Positions 38,919 through 48,444 of a DNA stretch of 64,000 nt are shown here, piece after piece. This DNA comes from Vulcanimicrobiota bacterium (GTDB taxonomy: Bacteria > Vulcanimicrobiota > Vulcanimicrobiia > Vulcanimicrobiales > Vulcanimicrobiaceae). Below the pieces are notes generated by a model. It was not told the DNA's origin. It saw nothing but the letters and a program-made list of their open reading frames with translations, and did no database searches. Within the stretch, counting starts at the first letter, position 1; each line of letters begins with the position of its first letter. The translations under genes and the position numbers were made by a program. The stretch is taken from contig CAWCIZ010000003.1 of the NCBI GenBank assembly GCA_963795855.1, positions 480,001 to 544,000 of the forward strand, read 5' to 3'.

Positions 38919-41831
38919 ATGCTCAGACGTCGGCTCGACGGTTTATTTGATGCTGCCCAAACTCGGTCATGGCTCGCCGTCATTCTGATTGCCGGGCTGG
39001 TGCTGCGTGTAGCGTTCGTTCGAAGCCAAGGCTTCGCTACGGACGCCGGCGATTTTTCGACTTGGGCCGTATCGCTCGCGAGTCATCATCTCGCAAATTT
39101 CTACGCCTCGACGTCGTTTGCGGATTATCCGCCTGGATACTTATACGTGCTCTGGACGATCGGCGAGCTTTATGCGGCGCTCGCGCCTCACGGCAACCCC
39201 GAGCTGCTTGCCATTCTCGTCAAGTCGCCGGCGATATTGATGGACTTCATCGACGGTGCGCTGCTATTCGTGCTCGTCCGTCGCATCGCGGGCGACCTCT
39301 GGGCGATAATCGTCTGCGCGGCTTTCACGCTGAATCCGGCGGTGATTTTCATTTCGGCGGTGTGGGGACAGGTCGATTCGGTTGCGCTCGCCTTCGTCCT
39401 CGTAGCGATAATCGCTCAGTTACGGACGACCGACGGTGGAAAGGGAGTGCTCCGCGATACGGTCATCGCGTGGTTTGCCCTTTCGTGCTCGATTCTCATC
39501 AAGCCGCAAGCCGTGTGTTTGGCGCCGCTTTTTCTGGCAGCGGCTTTGTGCGCGAAGACCGGCTTGCGCACACGAATACTGGCGCCGGTGCTCGGCATAG
39601 CCTCCGGAGTAGTTTCGGCATACGTCATCGCGTTGCCGTTTCATCCAACCGCCGACCCGTTGAATGTGCTGTCGTGGCTGTACCACCAGTACGAAACCGG
39701 CAGCCGCGTATATCCGTACAATTCCGTCAACGCATTCAATTTGTGGACCGTCTTGCATCCGTTCTGGCAACGCGACCTGCAGCAAATCGGGCCGATTCCG
39801 CAGTACGCGTGGGGTATAGTTCTGGTCTGCGCAGCAGTTGTGCTCGTGGTATTTCGCTATGCGCAGCAACGGACGGAGCGTGCTTTCATCGAGGCCGCCG
39901 CACTCATCGGCCTGGCGTTCTTCATGCTCGCTACGCGCATGCACGAGCGCTATATTTATGACGGCCTGGTTCTGGCGATGTGCGCGATGCCGTTCGCGCG
40001 GCGGTACGTCGCCGGTGCCGCGACGTTTTCGATCACGCTGCTCGTGAATCTGTTCTACTCGCTGCGGTATCTGAGCGTGGTTACGCACGGTGTCGCCGGC
40101 GTGAATCAGACGGATATGTGGGGCGCCGCCGATCATCTCATATCACTCGTCAACGTCGGCGTGTTCTTCTGGCTTGCGTACACGTTTCTGGGGGAGGAGC
40201 ACGTGCAATCACGCGCCGCACGACCGGCAAAGCGCGCACGCGGCCGTACTGCGGCCGGGAGCAGCGTAGGCTTCGATGCCAACGAGGGCCGTGCCGGTCT
40301 CGCTTGGCCGATCGATTACGTCGTCTGCGCTGCCCTCACCACGGCTTCATTCGTCATCTTGTACGTGCGCTTTTGGTTTCCGCCCGGGAAAATTTTCGAC
40401 GAGGTGTATTTCGCGCGCGCGGCGGAGGAGTACTTGCACCGGCAGTACATCTACGAAAACACGCATCCGCCGGTTACGAAACTGCTCATTACGCTTTCGA
40501 CGCTGATGTTCGGCGACAATTCGTACGGCTGGCGTTTCTTGGACGTGGTTTTCGGCGCCGCGGCAATCTGGCTGCTTTACGCCCTGCTGAAACGAGTTAC
40601 GGGCTCGACGTTGTTTTCGGCTTACGGCGCGGGGCTTTTTATGTTCGACGGCATGCATTTCGTGCAGTCTCGGATCGCAACGCCGGAAAGTTTCGTCGTG
40701 GTGTTCGCGCTGCTCACCGTCTATACGTTCTATCGCTGGTGGATTGCTTCGCAAGTACCCTCGGAACACGACCCCGGCACGAGGCCGGTTGTTTTGCGCG
40801 CGATCGGAGCGGGCTGTGCGTGCGTGCTCGGCGTAGCGGCTACGCAGGTGCGATTTCCGCACGAATCGGCGCCGGCGAAAGCGATTGTGGCGGCATGCCT
40901 CATTGCGGGACTGTACCTGGTTTCGTGCTTTGTCATAGGGCCGCGCAAACGAACCACCGCCGGTTTATGGCTTACGCTGTTCGCATTTTCAATAGCGCTT
41001 CTCGTCGCGAGCAAGTGGTACGGCGTGATGGCGTTCGGCGTCGCCTTCACGATCGTGTTCGGCCTGTGGCTGCAACCGAAGGCCGGAGCGGCGCTGCAGC
41101 GGCTCACTGGTGCGGCGGCCGGGCCTTCGCGGTGGGGTAACCCGAATATCGCGATCGACGCCATTGTCGCTACAATCGTGTTTGTTGTGGTTACCGTGTA
41201 TTTTGCCGCGTACATCCCGCAGTTCGTCGGGCTTTCAGACACCCCGGGTGCGCCGCCTCGGGCGTACACGGTGACCGACGTCGTCAATATGCAATACGCA
41301 GCATTCGAATATCACGACCACCTCGTCGCGACGCATCCATACCAGTCGCGATGGTGGCAGTGGCCGCTCGATCTGCGTCCGATTCTGTACTATTCGGAGT
41401 ACGGCGGCCGCGGCGCGACAGCTACGGCCGCGATGATCTACACGCTTGCGAATCCGCTGATTTTGTGGCTTGGCCTGCTCACCGTTCCGCTCGTCGCATA
41501 TCTCGGCTTGCGGGAACGAAGCAAAGGTTATGTGCTGATCGCGCTCACGTACGTCGCGCAGTGGCTGCCGTGGATGGGTTCGCCGCGAATTTCATTCGCG
41601 TACCATTTCTACGTGGATATACCGCTGATCTGCGCCTGCACCGCGATCGTAATGCAACGCTGGTGGATTCTCTGGCGCGACACGGGTCAGGCATCGGCCG
41701 GCAAATGGCTGATCGGCGGGTATTTCGGGGCCGCAACGCTGGCGTTTGTCTACTTCTATCCGATCTTGTCCGGGCTGACGATTCCTTCCGCCGCGTGGAT
41801 GCAGCGGATGTGGCTTCACAGCTGGATATAG
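38919..41831 (+). CDS. Double GT-C glycosyltransferase: ALG6/GT87-like module fused to a PMT (GT39) protein O-mannosyltransferase module
   Basis: N-half: ADYPP, NPA..SAVWGQVDS, IKPQ, RMHERY. C-half: IFDEVYF, THPP, QSRIAT, ASKW, HPYQSRWWQWP. Confidence 0.85.
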   Translation: MLRRRLDGLFDAAQTRSWLAVILIAGLVLRVAFVRSQGFATDAGDFSTWAVSLASHHLANFYASTSFADYPPGYLYVLWTIGELYAALAPHGNPELLAILVKSPAILMDFIDGALLFVLVRRIAGDLWAIIVCAAFTLNPAVIFISAVWGQVDSVALAFVLVAIIAQLRTTDGGKGVLRDTVIAWFALSCSILIKPQAVCLAPLFLAAALCAKTGLRTRILAPVLGIASGVVSAYVIALPFHPTADPLNVLSWLYHQYETGSRVYPYNSVNAFNLWTVLHPFWQRDLQQIGPIPQYAWGIVLVCAAVVLVVFRYAQQRTERAFIEAAALIGLAFFMLATRMHERYIYDGLVLAMCAMPFARRYVAGAATFSITLLVNLFYSLRYLSVVTHGVAGVNQTDMWGAADHLISLVNVGVFFWLAYTFLGEEHVQSRAARPAKRARGRTAAGSSVGFDANEGRAGLAWPIDYVVCAALTTASFVILYVRFWFPPGKIFDEVYFARAAEEYLHRQYIYENTHPPVTKLLITLSTLMFGDNSYGWRFLDVVFGAAAIWLLYALLKRVTGSTLFSAYGAGLFMFDGMHFVQSRIATPESFVVVFALLTVYTFYRWWIASQVPSEHDPGTRPVVLRAIGAGCACVLGVAATQVRFPHESAPAKAIVAACLIAGLYLVSCFVIGPRKRTTAGLWLTLFAFSIALLVASKWYGVMAFGVAFTIVFGLWLQPKAGAALQRLTGAAAGPSRWGNPNIAIDAIVATIVFVVVTVYFAAYIPQFVGLSDTPGAPPRAYTVTDVVNMQYAAFEYHDHLVATHPYQSRWWQWPLDLRPILYYSEYGGRGATATAAMIYTLANPLILWLGLLTVPLVAYLGLRERSKGYVLIALTYVAQWLPWMGSPRISFAYHFYVDIPLICACTAIVMQRWWILWRDTGQASAGKWLIGGYFGAATLAFVYFYPILSGLTIPSAAWMQRMWLHSWI

Positions 41832-41923
41832 GGCTTACGGCGGGACAAAGCGGTTGAGAGGCTTCCGCGCGCGTAGCAAACTAACCACGGCGCGGGGCGC
41901 TCACTAGCGCCCCGTTTGGACTT

Positions 41924-42460
41924 TTAACCGGTCTTGTTACAAGTAGCGTGCTGCGGATCCATCGGTTTTCCGTTCGCCATGGTTCCTTGCAGTTTCCAAT
42001 TGTACTCGGAATCGCTGACCTTCGTGATTGTCGACATGGCTACGGCACCGTTGGACGCGGACTTATCCGTCCACAGCAAAGTGTCGCCGTTCCAACCGGT
42101 AGAATATGCAATTCCATAGCCGCCGAAGTCATCGACGCTAACCTGCACGTATCGTTTTACGGACGCATCGTAAGTCGTGTAGCTTGTGGTGTTGACCGGT
42201 GTGGTGCGGTACGAATCAAAAACCGGCGCGACGTCGGTCGTTTTTATCCAGCGGTCGTTCAGATCCATCATTGAAGTCGACGTATCCGGACGGTCTTTGC
42301 CGCGCAGCGTCTGATGACACGTCCATGTACCGGCGAAGTACGACATCGCGCTGACGTCGGGTTTGGGGTTCGGAACGGGAGTGGGCGCGGCAGCGACTTG
42401 CATCGGTGCGAGCACCAAAGTGAACAATAACGCTAAAAGCAAAGGGCACCTTATCTTCAG
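41924..42460 (-). CDS. Secreted hypothetical beta-barrel-like protein (start uncertain)
   Basis: Signal-like PLLLALLFTLVLAPMQVAAA, Pro/Thr linker, YFAGTWTC, YDASVKRYV..DDFGG. Confidence 0.7.
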   Translation of the reverse strand: MKIRCPLLLALLFTLVLAPMQVAAAPTPVPNPKPDVSAMSYFAGTWTCHQTLRGKDRPDTSTSMMDLNDRWIKTTDVAPVFDSYRTTPVNTTSYTTYDASVKRYVQVSVDDFGGYGIAYSTGWNGDTLLWTDKSASNGAVAMSTITKVSDSEYNWKLQGTMANGKPMDPQHATCNKTG

Positions 42461-43316
42461 AAACGCACACCGGCAGCGCTGCAAAGATCGTAGCACATCG
42501 AGCACATTTATGAGTGAGGCGGATGGCTGGACAATAACGCCGTACAAGCATACGGACGCCGCGGAGTAACATTCGGCGATTAAGGCTGTTATTACGTGGC
42601 AACCTCGTTTCGTCACGACGAGACTCGAGGGAGTAATCGATCGTAATGGCCGCGGTTGTCACAGCTCAACCAATTCCTTCCGCTGCTTGTAATGGCAACG
42701 CTGCTCGTTGCCGTGTCGCATCGAGCATCATCTGAATAACGTGGATGCACTCACTCGCCATGCGCAAAAGGGCTCGACATAGCGACGCGCGTAGAGGATT
42801 TTTGAATACTGCTAATCAGCGTGACTTTTTTAACGCTCTTCGCACCAGGAGGTAGCCTTGTTTGAGTCTACCGCAGCACTCTTCGGCTTGGTGCTCAGCG
42901 TCCTGCAAATTGCAGAGGGATCACAAGCAACAGTCCTCTCATTTCATATCGATTAGCGCGGTACCGGAGCCACGCTCAATCTCTTTGATCGTCGTGCGGC
43001 ACGGCGCTCTTTGTGCACGATGCCGACACACCGCGAGTCCCGCTGCGTTTAAACAAGCCCGGCATGTTCATGCTGTCGGATACGCTGCGCGGCCTTATGC
43101 GCAGACGATCGGCCTGCTGCGTGCACCGCGGCTGGTGCCCTTTTCGAACGGGCTGAATCTCGTCTGAGCGGACGGAGGGTCACGGCGCGACCAGGCCTTC
43201 GTGTAGGCCTCTGCGCCCAAAACAATAGGCTGGGCATCCCCAGACGAGCGCCGGCCTCATCTAGGTCTGAGGCTCAGCAGGTTCCGTAGAGTCCCGTTTA
43301 CTTCTGGAGTCCACAC

Positions 43317-43369
43317 TTGCACACGGCACCCCACGAGCGTATAGTGGTGCAAAGTGGTGCTAAGTGGTG
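43317..43369 (+). promoter_or_regulatory. dcw promoter with MraZ-type direct repeats
   Basis: TTGCAC-17 nt-TATAGT, overlapped by three AGTGGTG repeats at exact 10-bp period (43343, 43353, 43363). Confidence 0.85.
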
Positions 43370-43385
43370 ACCGAGGGAGGGAAGG

Positions 43386-43829
43386 TTGCACGCGGACCTG
43401 CCGCGCTTTACAGGCTATGTTGAGCACGCCCTTGACGACAAGGGCCGCCTCATCGTGCCGGCGCGTTTCCGCGAGCGGCTCGGCACCGGCTTCATCTTAA
43501 CCATAGCCCCGCCCGACCAATGCCTCGCCCTCTACCCCGAGGCGACGTGGGCGGAGTTCTGCAACAGACTCGAAGCCGCTCCCCGAAAGGACGATCGCTT
43601 CAGACGGTTCGTCCGGCACCTGTTCGCACACACGGAAGAGGTTGCGTGCGACTCACAAGGACGGCTGTTGCTCCCCGGAGCCCTTCGTTCGTATGCAGGC
43701 ATCGATCGGGACATCGTCTCGATCGGCTCGTTCACACGCGTGGAGATCTGGGCGAAGGAGCGCTACGCGGCGCACGCGGCGCCCGAAGGCGAGGTCGCCG
43801 ATTTCATGGCGGAGTTGGGACTCTACTGA
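43386..43829 (+). CDS. mraZ: Transcriptional regulator MraZ
   Basis: LDDKGRLIVPARFR and DSQGRLLLP, RVEIW. Confidence 0.96.
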   Translation: MHADLPRFTGYVEHALDDKGRLIVPARFRERLGTGFILTIAPPDQCLALYPEATWAEFCNRLEAAPRKDDRFRRFVRHLFAHTEEVACDSQGRLLLPGALRSYAGIDRDIVSIGSFTRVEIWAKERYAAHAAPEGEVADFMAELGLY

Positions 43830-43844
43830 TGCCGGAGTGGATCG

Positions 43845-44720
43845 ATGGACCAGCATATCCCGGTGCTCTTCCAGCCGGCGCTCGAGTATTTGGCGATCCG
43901 GCCGGATGGGATTTATGTCGATGCGACGTTCGGCGCGGGTGGCCACAGCCGGGGGATATTGCAGCGCTTGCAGAGCGGCCGGCTCATTGCGTTCGATGCA
44001 GATCCGCAGGCGTCGCCGCGCGCAGCGGCAATCGCCGATTCCCGTTTCACGTTCGTTCCATCCAATTTTCGCGAGCTTTCGCACGCGCTGAATCGGCTCG
44101 GCATCGAGCAAGTCGACGGCGTGCTGTACGATTTGGGGGTTTCGTCGATGCAATTTGATGAAGCGTCTCGCGGTTTTTCGTTCCGCGAATCCGCCCCGCT
44201 CGACATGCGGATGAATCCGCACGCGGGCTCGAGTGCCTATGAAATCCTCGTCAGCTCCAGCGAGCGCGAACTCGCAGATATTTTCTTCCACTACGGGCAG
44301 GAACGCGCCGCGAGAAAAATCGCGCGCGTCATCGTGCAGCGCCGTCAGTCGGGCACCCTGCCGACGACGACGATGGAGTTCGCTCAAATGGTCAGCGGAC
44401 TGCTGCACCGGCCCGGGCAGCGCGAGCGCATTCATCCCGCAACGCGCGTATTTCAGGCGCTGCGCATCGCTGTGAACGACGAACTGGACGCCCTGCGCGA
44501 CGGACTCGATATGGCCGTCGACCGCCTGCGCGGAGCGGGCCGCGTCGTTGCCATTAGTTTTCATTCGCTTGAAGATCGCATCGTCAAGCACAAGTTTCGC
44601 GACGACGAGCGCCTCGAGGTTCTTACGCGCAAACCCGTCCTGCCCGACGAGGCGGAGATGGAACGGAATCCGCGCGCGCGCAGCTCCAGGCTGCGCGCCG
44701 CTCAACGGAAGGCGAGCTGA
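43845..44720 (+). CDS. rsmH: 16S rRNA m4C1402 methyltransferase
   Basis: HIPVL, DATFGAGGHS, DLGVSSMQ, FQALRIAVN, SFHSLEDR, NPRARSS. Confidence 0.97.
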   Translation: MDQHIPVLFQPALEYLAIRPDGIYVDATFGAGGHSRGILQRLQSGRLIAFDADPQASPRAAAIADSRFTFVPSNFRELSHALNRLGIEQVDGVLYDLGVSSMQFDEASRGFSFRESAPLDMRMNPHAGSSAYEILVSSSERELADIFFHYGQERAARKIARVIVQRRQSGTLPTTTMEFAQMVSGLLHRPGQRERIHPATRVFQALRIAVNDELDALRDGLDMAVDRLRGAGRVVAISFHSLEDRIVKHKFRDDERLEVLTRKPVLPDEAEMERNPRARSSRLRAAQRKAS

Positions 44721-44721
44721 G

Positions 44722-45171
44722 ATGGTAGAAAGCACCGCACTTCGCGCACCGCGAGCGAACGCACCCGCCGAAAAACCGCGCCCTCGCACGGCACGCAATG
44801 CGACGAAGCGCCGAATTTCGCGGGTCGCGCGCGCGCGTTACTCGTCGCTGATGCAGTTTTGCGCGATACTTACCGTAACGCTTTTCGGCGTCATGCTCTA
44901 CGTTACGCTGACTGCGAGACTAACGAGTTTGAATTACGCCGTTGCGCGAGCCGAGCGCGATCGCGCCGCCTTGCAGTCGGAAACGGCGCGCTTGGACGAT
45001 CGCCTGGCGGCACTCAAATCGGACGATCGGCTGGCGCGCGTCGCGGCAACGCTCCACATGCAAGATCCCGCGCAATTCGCGATGGTGTCGCTGCCCGTGC
45101 AGCGCATGGAACCGGTGCGATCGCGGCTCGCATTCTTTGCCGGCATAGCCGGACTCTTCGGCGCGAAATAG
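44722..45171 (+). CDS. ftsL: Cell division protein FtsL-like
   Basis: Located between rsmH and ftsI; basic N-terminus, one TM, coiled coil. Confidence 0.75.
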   Translation: MVESTALRAPRANAPAEKPRPRTARNATKRRISRVARARYSSLMQFCAILTVTLFGVMLYVTLTARLTSLNYAVARAERDRAALQSETARLDDRLAALKSDDRLARVAATLHMQDPAQFAMVSLPVQRMEPVRSRLAFFAGIAGLFGAK

Positions 45172-45188
45172 GTACGCAGCACTAACCG

Positions 45189-46973
45189 ATGCACAAGCGG
45201 ACCTTCTCGCGCGTCGGGCCCCGGCGGGCGAAACTGCTGTTTTACGGGATGCTGTTCGTCGCATTGTATTTGACGTGGCGCCTGGTCGACGTTCAACTCG
45301 TCAAAGGCCCAGTCTACGCCAAAGAAGCGCTCGAGCAGCGCAGCGACACCGTCGAGGTGTTTGCGCGGCGCGGCAGCATTCTCGATCGTCAAGGGAACGT
45401 GCTGGTTCGTTCGCTTCCTTCCGAGAGCGTGTATGCCGTGCCGCACGATCTCGCCGATCCGGATAAGGCTATCGCGCAGTTGCAGCCGGTTGTCGGCAAG
45501 ATCGACAAAGAGACGTCGCAACTCATGCACGATCGCCACCTACAGTTCGTCTGGATCGCGCGCAAGGTTCCGCACGACGAAGCCGACAAGGTGCAAGCAC
45601 TGGATCTTCCCGGAATCTCGCTGATCGAAGAAGATACGGGGCGGCGCGTCGACGTCGCCGGCCAAAGCGCTTCGACCCTTCTGGGTTTCGTCGGTATCGA
45701 CGAAAACGGTCTAGCCGGACTCGAATACACGTTCGACGATCTGCTCAAAGGCACGTCCGGACGGATCACGATCGAAGCGGACGAATTCGGGCGCCCCATT
45801 CCGTTCGGTCAAGAGAAAATCGTCAAGCCCGCAAAGCCGGGCCTCTCGCTCGAACTCACGCTCGATTCGTATCTGCAGTTCGTCACGGAATCCGCGCTGG
45901 AAAAGCAGGTCAAAACGTATCACGCCGCCAGCGGCACCGCGATCGTCATGGATCCGTACACCGGCGAAGTGCTCGCGATGGCGAACTTCCCCCACTTCGA
46001 TCCGAACGCGTATTGGAAGTTCCCGTCCGACGATTATCGCGACCGCGCAGTTCAGGATGCGTATGAGCCCGGATCGACGTTCAAACTCGTCACCGCCGCG
46101 GCCGCGCTCGAATATGGCCACACGCCGTTTTCCGAGCGCTTCCCCTCGCTCGGGCCGCTGGAAATCGGCGGACGGCGCATTTACAACGCAGTCGACGGCT
46201 TGACGCCCGACCCAGCAGGCGACACGCTTGAAACGATCATTGCCGACTCATTGAACGTCGGTGCTGCCGAAGTGGCGCTGCACATAGGCGGCTCCGCATT
46301 TTACAAGATGGAGCAGCGCGCCGGCTTCGGCCGGCCCACGCAAATCGGGCTTTCGGGTGAAAATCCGGGCATCGTGCCGGCGCCGTCCGAATGGAGCGGC
46401 AGCTCGCTTCCGACGATGGCGTTCGGGCAAGGCGTTTCCGTAACGCCGATCGCGATGGCGCGCTTCTACTGCGCGATTGCCAACGGCGGTGTGCTGCTGC
46501 GGCCGCGTATCGTGCGATCGATCCTCGACGCGCAGGGCAATCCGCTCTACACGTATCCGACCGAAGTCGAGCATCGCGTGTTTTCGCAGAAAACGGCCGA
46601 AGAACTTCGCGGCTTTCTGCGCGCGGTCGTCGTTCGAGGCACCGGCAATCCGTCGGCGCAGATTCCGGGCTACTCTACCGCGGGCAAAACGGGCACCGCG
46701 CAGATGGTGAAGGACGGCGAGTACGAGCCGGGCGCGTACGTTGCCTCGTTCATCGGCATGGTGCCGTACGAGCATCCGCGCTACGTCATTTACGTCAAGG
46801 TCGAGCGGCCGGAAGGCGCCATTTACGGATCCGTCGTGGCGGCACCCGCATTCGATGAAATCGCGAAAGCGGCCATGCTCCACGCGGGCGTGTTTCCCGC
46901 GATACCGGCGCCGAAACCGCCGCAAATTCCAAAGCAGCGCTTGGTCCGCTCGAAGCTCGCGGAGAATCCCTAG
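45189..46973 (+). CDS. ftsI: Class B penicillin-binding protein
   Basis: RGSILDR, EPGSTFK (SxxK), SLN (SxN), KTGT. Confidence 0.94.
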   Translation: MHKRTFSRVGPRRAKLLFYGMLFVALYLTWRLVDVQLVKGPVYAKEALEQRSDTVEVFARRGSILDRQGNVLVRSLPSESVYAVPHDLADPDKAIAQLQPVVGKIDKETSQLMHDRHLQFVWIARKVPHDEADKVQALDLPGISLIEEDTGRRVDVAGQSASTLLGFVGIDENGLAGLEYTFDDLLKGTSGRITIEADEFGRPIPFGQEKIVKPAKPGLSLELTLDSYLQFVTESALEKQVKTYHAASGTAIVMDPYTGEVLAMANFPHFDPNAYWKFPSDDYRDRAVQDAYEPGSTFKLVTAAAALEYGHTPFSERFPSLGPLEIGGRRIYNAVDGLTPDPAGDTLETIIADSLNVGAAEVALHIGGSAFYKMEQRAGFGRPTQIGLSGENPGIVPAPSEWSGSSLPTMAFGQGVSVTPIAMARFYCAIANGGVLLRPRIVRSILDAQGNPLYTYPTEVEHRVFSQKTAEELRGFLRAVVVRGTGNPSAQIPGYSTAGKTGTAQMVKDGEYEPGAYVASFIGMVPYEHPRYVIYVKVERPEGAIYGSVVAAPAFDEIAKAAMLHAGVFPAIPAPKPPQIPKQRLVRSKLAENP

Positions 46974-46977
46974 ACGC

Positions 46978-48444
46978 ATGGAGCATCAGGTGGGCGTATC
47001 GCTGGAGACATTGCTGCGAACGCTCGCTCAGAATACGCGCGTCGTCGGCCCGCGCGACAAAACGGTGACGGCAATAACGATCGATTCGCGTGAGGCGAAG
47101 AGCGGCGCGTTGTTCGTTGCGCTGCGCGGCGAACATACGGATGGGCACCGGTTTATCGCGGACGCGGTGGCGCGCGGTTGTGAAGCCGTCGTGATGGAAG
47201 ACGCCGCCGAAGTTCCCGCTCACGTTGCGGCCGTCATCGTACCGGATTCCGCTCGAGCCGTTTCACAGCTCGCCGACGCATTCTTCGGGTCGCCGTCGCG
47301 CGCTTTGAGCGTTGCGGGCATCACCGGAACGAACGGCAAAACGACGACCGCTCACATGACCACCGCGATCATGAATGCCGGCGGCGTTCCCGCAGGAACG
47401 ATCGGCACAATCGGCGCGCGCTTCGGCGAGACGGAATGGCCGCTCGCGAATACGACACCGCTTGCCGTGCAGCTTCAGGAACTGCTGGCGCGTATGCGCG
47501 AATCCGGCGCAAAAGGCGTCGCGATGGAGGTCAGTTCGCACGCGCTCGCGCTGCAGCGCGTGGCCGACGTGCACTTCAGCGTCGCAGCGCTTACGAACGT
47601 GACGCGCGATCACTTGGATTTTCACAAGACCTTCGACGCGTACGCGTCGGCGAAGCGTCGTTTGTTCGAAATGGCTCCGCGCTGCGTGCTGAACGTCGAC
47701 GACCACTGCGGCGAACGCTGGATGCGCGAACTGCGCGTTCGTAAGCCGGTTCTCTCGTACGGCATTGCGGCGCCTGCGGACGTGCGCGCGCAATCTACCG
47801 ACGTGCGCGCCGACGGCAGCAGCTTCGAGGTCGATGGTCAGCGCTTCGAGGTGCGACTCCCCGGCCGCTTCAACGTCTCGAACGCGCTGTGCGCAATCGG
47901 TATTGCGCGCCACCTCACAATTTCGGACAAGGACAGCGCGCGCGGCCTGGCTTCGCTCGAACGCGTCCCGGGGCGCATGGAACACGTGCGCGGCGGCGGC
48001 GTCGACGTCATCGTCGACTACGCGCATACGCCCGACGCACTCGAAAATTTGCTTCGGACGCTTCGGGAAACGGCTCGCGGCCGTTTACTGCTCGTGTTCG
48101 GATGCGGCGGAGATCGCGACCGCGGAAAACGCCCCGAAATGGGCGGCATCGCCGCGCGCTATGCGGATTTTTCGTACATCACGTCCGACAATCCGCGCAC
48201 GGAAGACCCGCAGTCGATCATCGCCGACATTTTGCCGGGCATCGCCGGCGCGCCGCATGAAGCGAACGCGGATCGTCGCGCGGCGATCGAGGCGGCCGTC
48301 GCAAATGCGCAGCCCGGCGACGTCGTCGCAATCGCGGGTAAAGGCCATGAGGCGTATCAAATCGTCGGCTCGCACGTTCTGCCTTTTGACGATTTGGCCG
48401 TTGCTCGCCAAGCGCTGTCGCGCCGCGAGGCAATGCACCGATGA
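46978..48444 (+). CDS. murE: UDP-MurNAc-dipeptide:meso-DAP ligase
   Basis: GITGTNGKTT, MEVSSH, DHLDFH, DYAHTPD, DNPR (DAP-type), AGKGHE. Confidence 0.96.
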   Translation: MEHQVGVSLETLLRTLAQNTRVVGPRDKTVTAITIDSREAKSGALFVALRGEHTDGHRFIADAVARGCEAVVMEDAAEVPAHVAAVIVPDSARAVSQLADAFFGSPSRALSVAGITGTNGKTTTAHMTTAIMNAGGVPAGTIGTIGARFGETEWPLANTTPLAVQLQELLARMRESGAKGVAMEVSSHALALQRVADVHFSVAALTNVTRDHLDFHKTFDAYASAKRRLFEMAPRCVLNVDDHCGERWMRELRVRKPVLSYGIAAPADVRAQSTDVRADGSSFEVDGQRFEVRLPGRFNVSNALCAIGIARHLTISDKDSARGLASLERVPGRMEHVRGGGVDVIVDYAHTPDALENLLRTLRETARGRLLLVFGCGGDRDRGKRPEMGGIAARYADFSYITSDNPRTEDPQSIIADILPGIAGAPHEANADRRAAIEAAVANAQPGDVVAIAGKGHEAYQIVGSHVLPFDDLAVARQALSRREAMHR

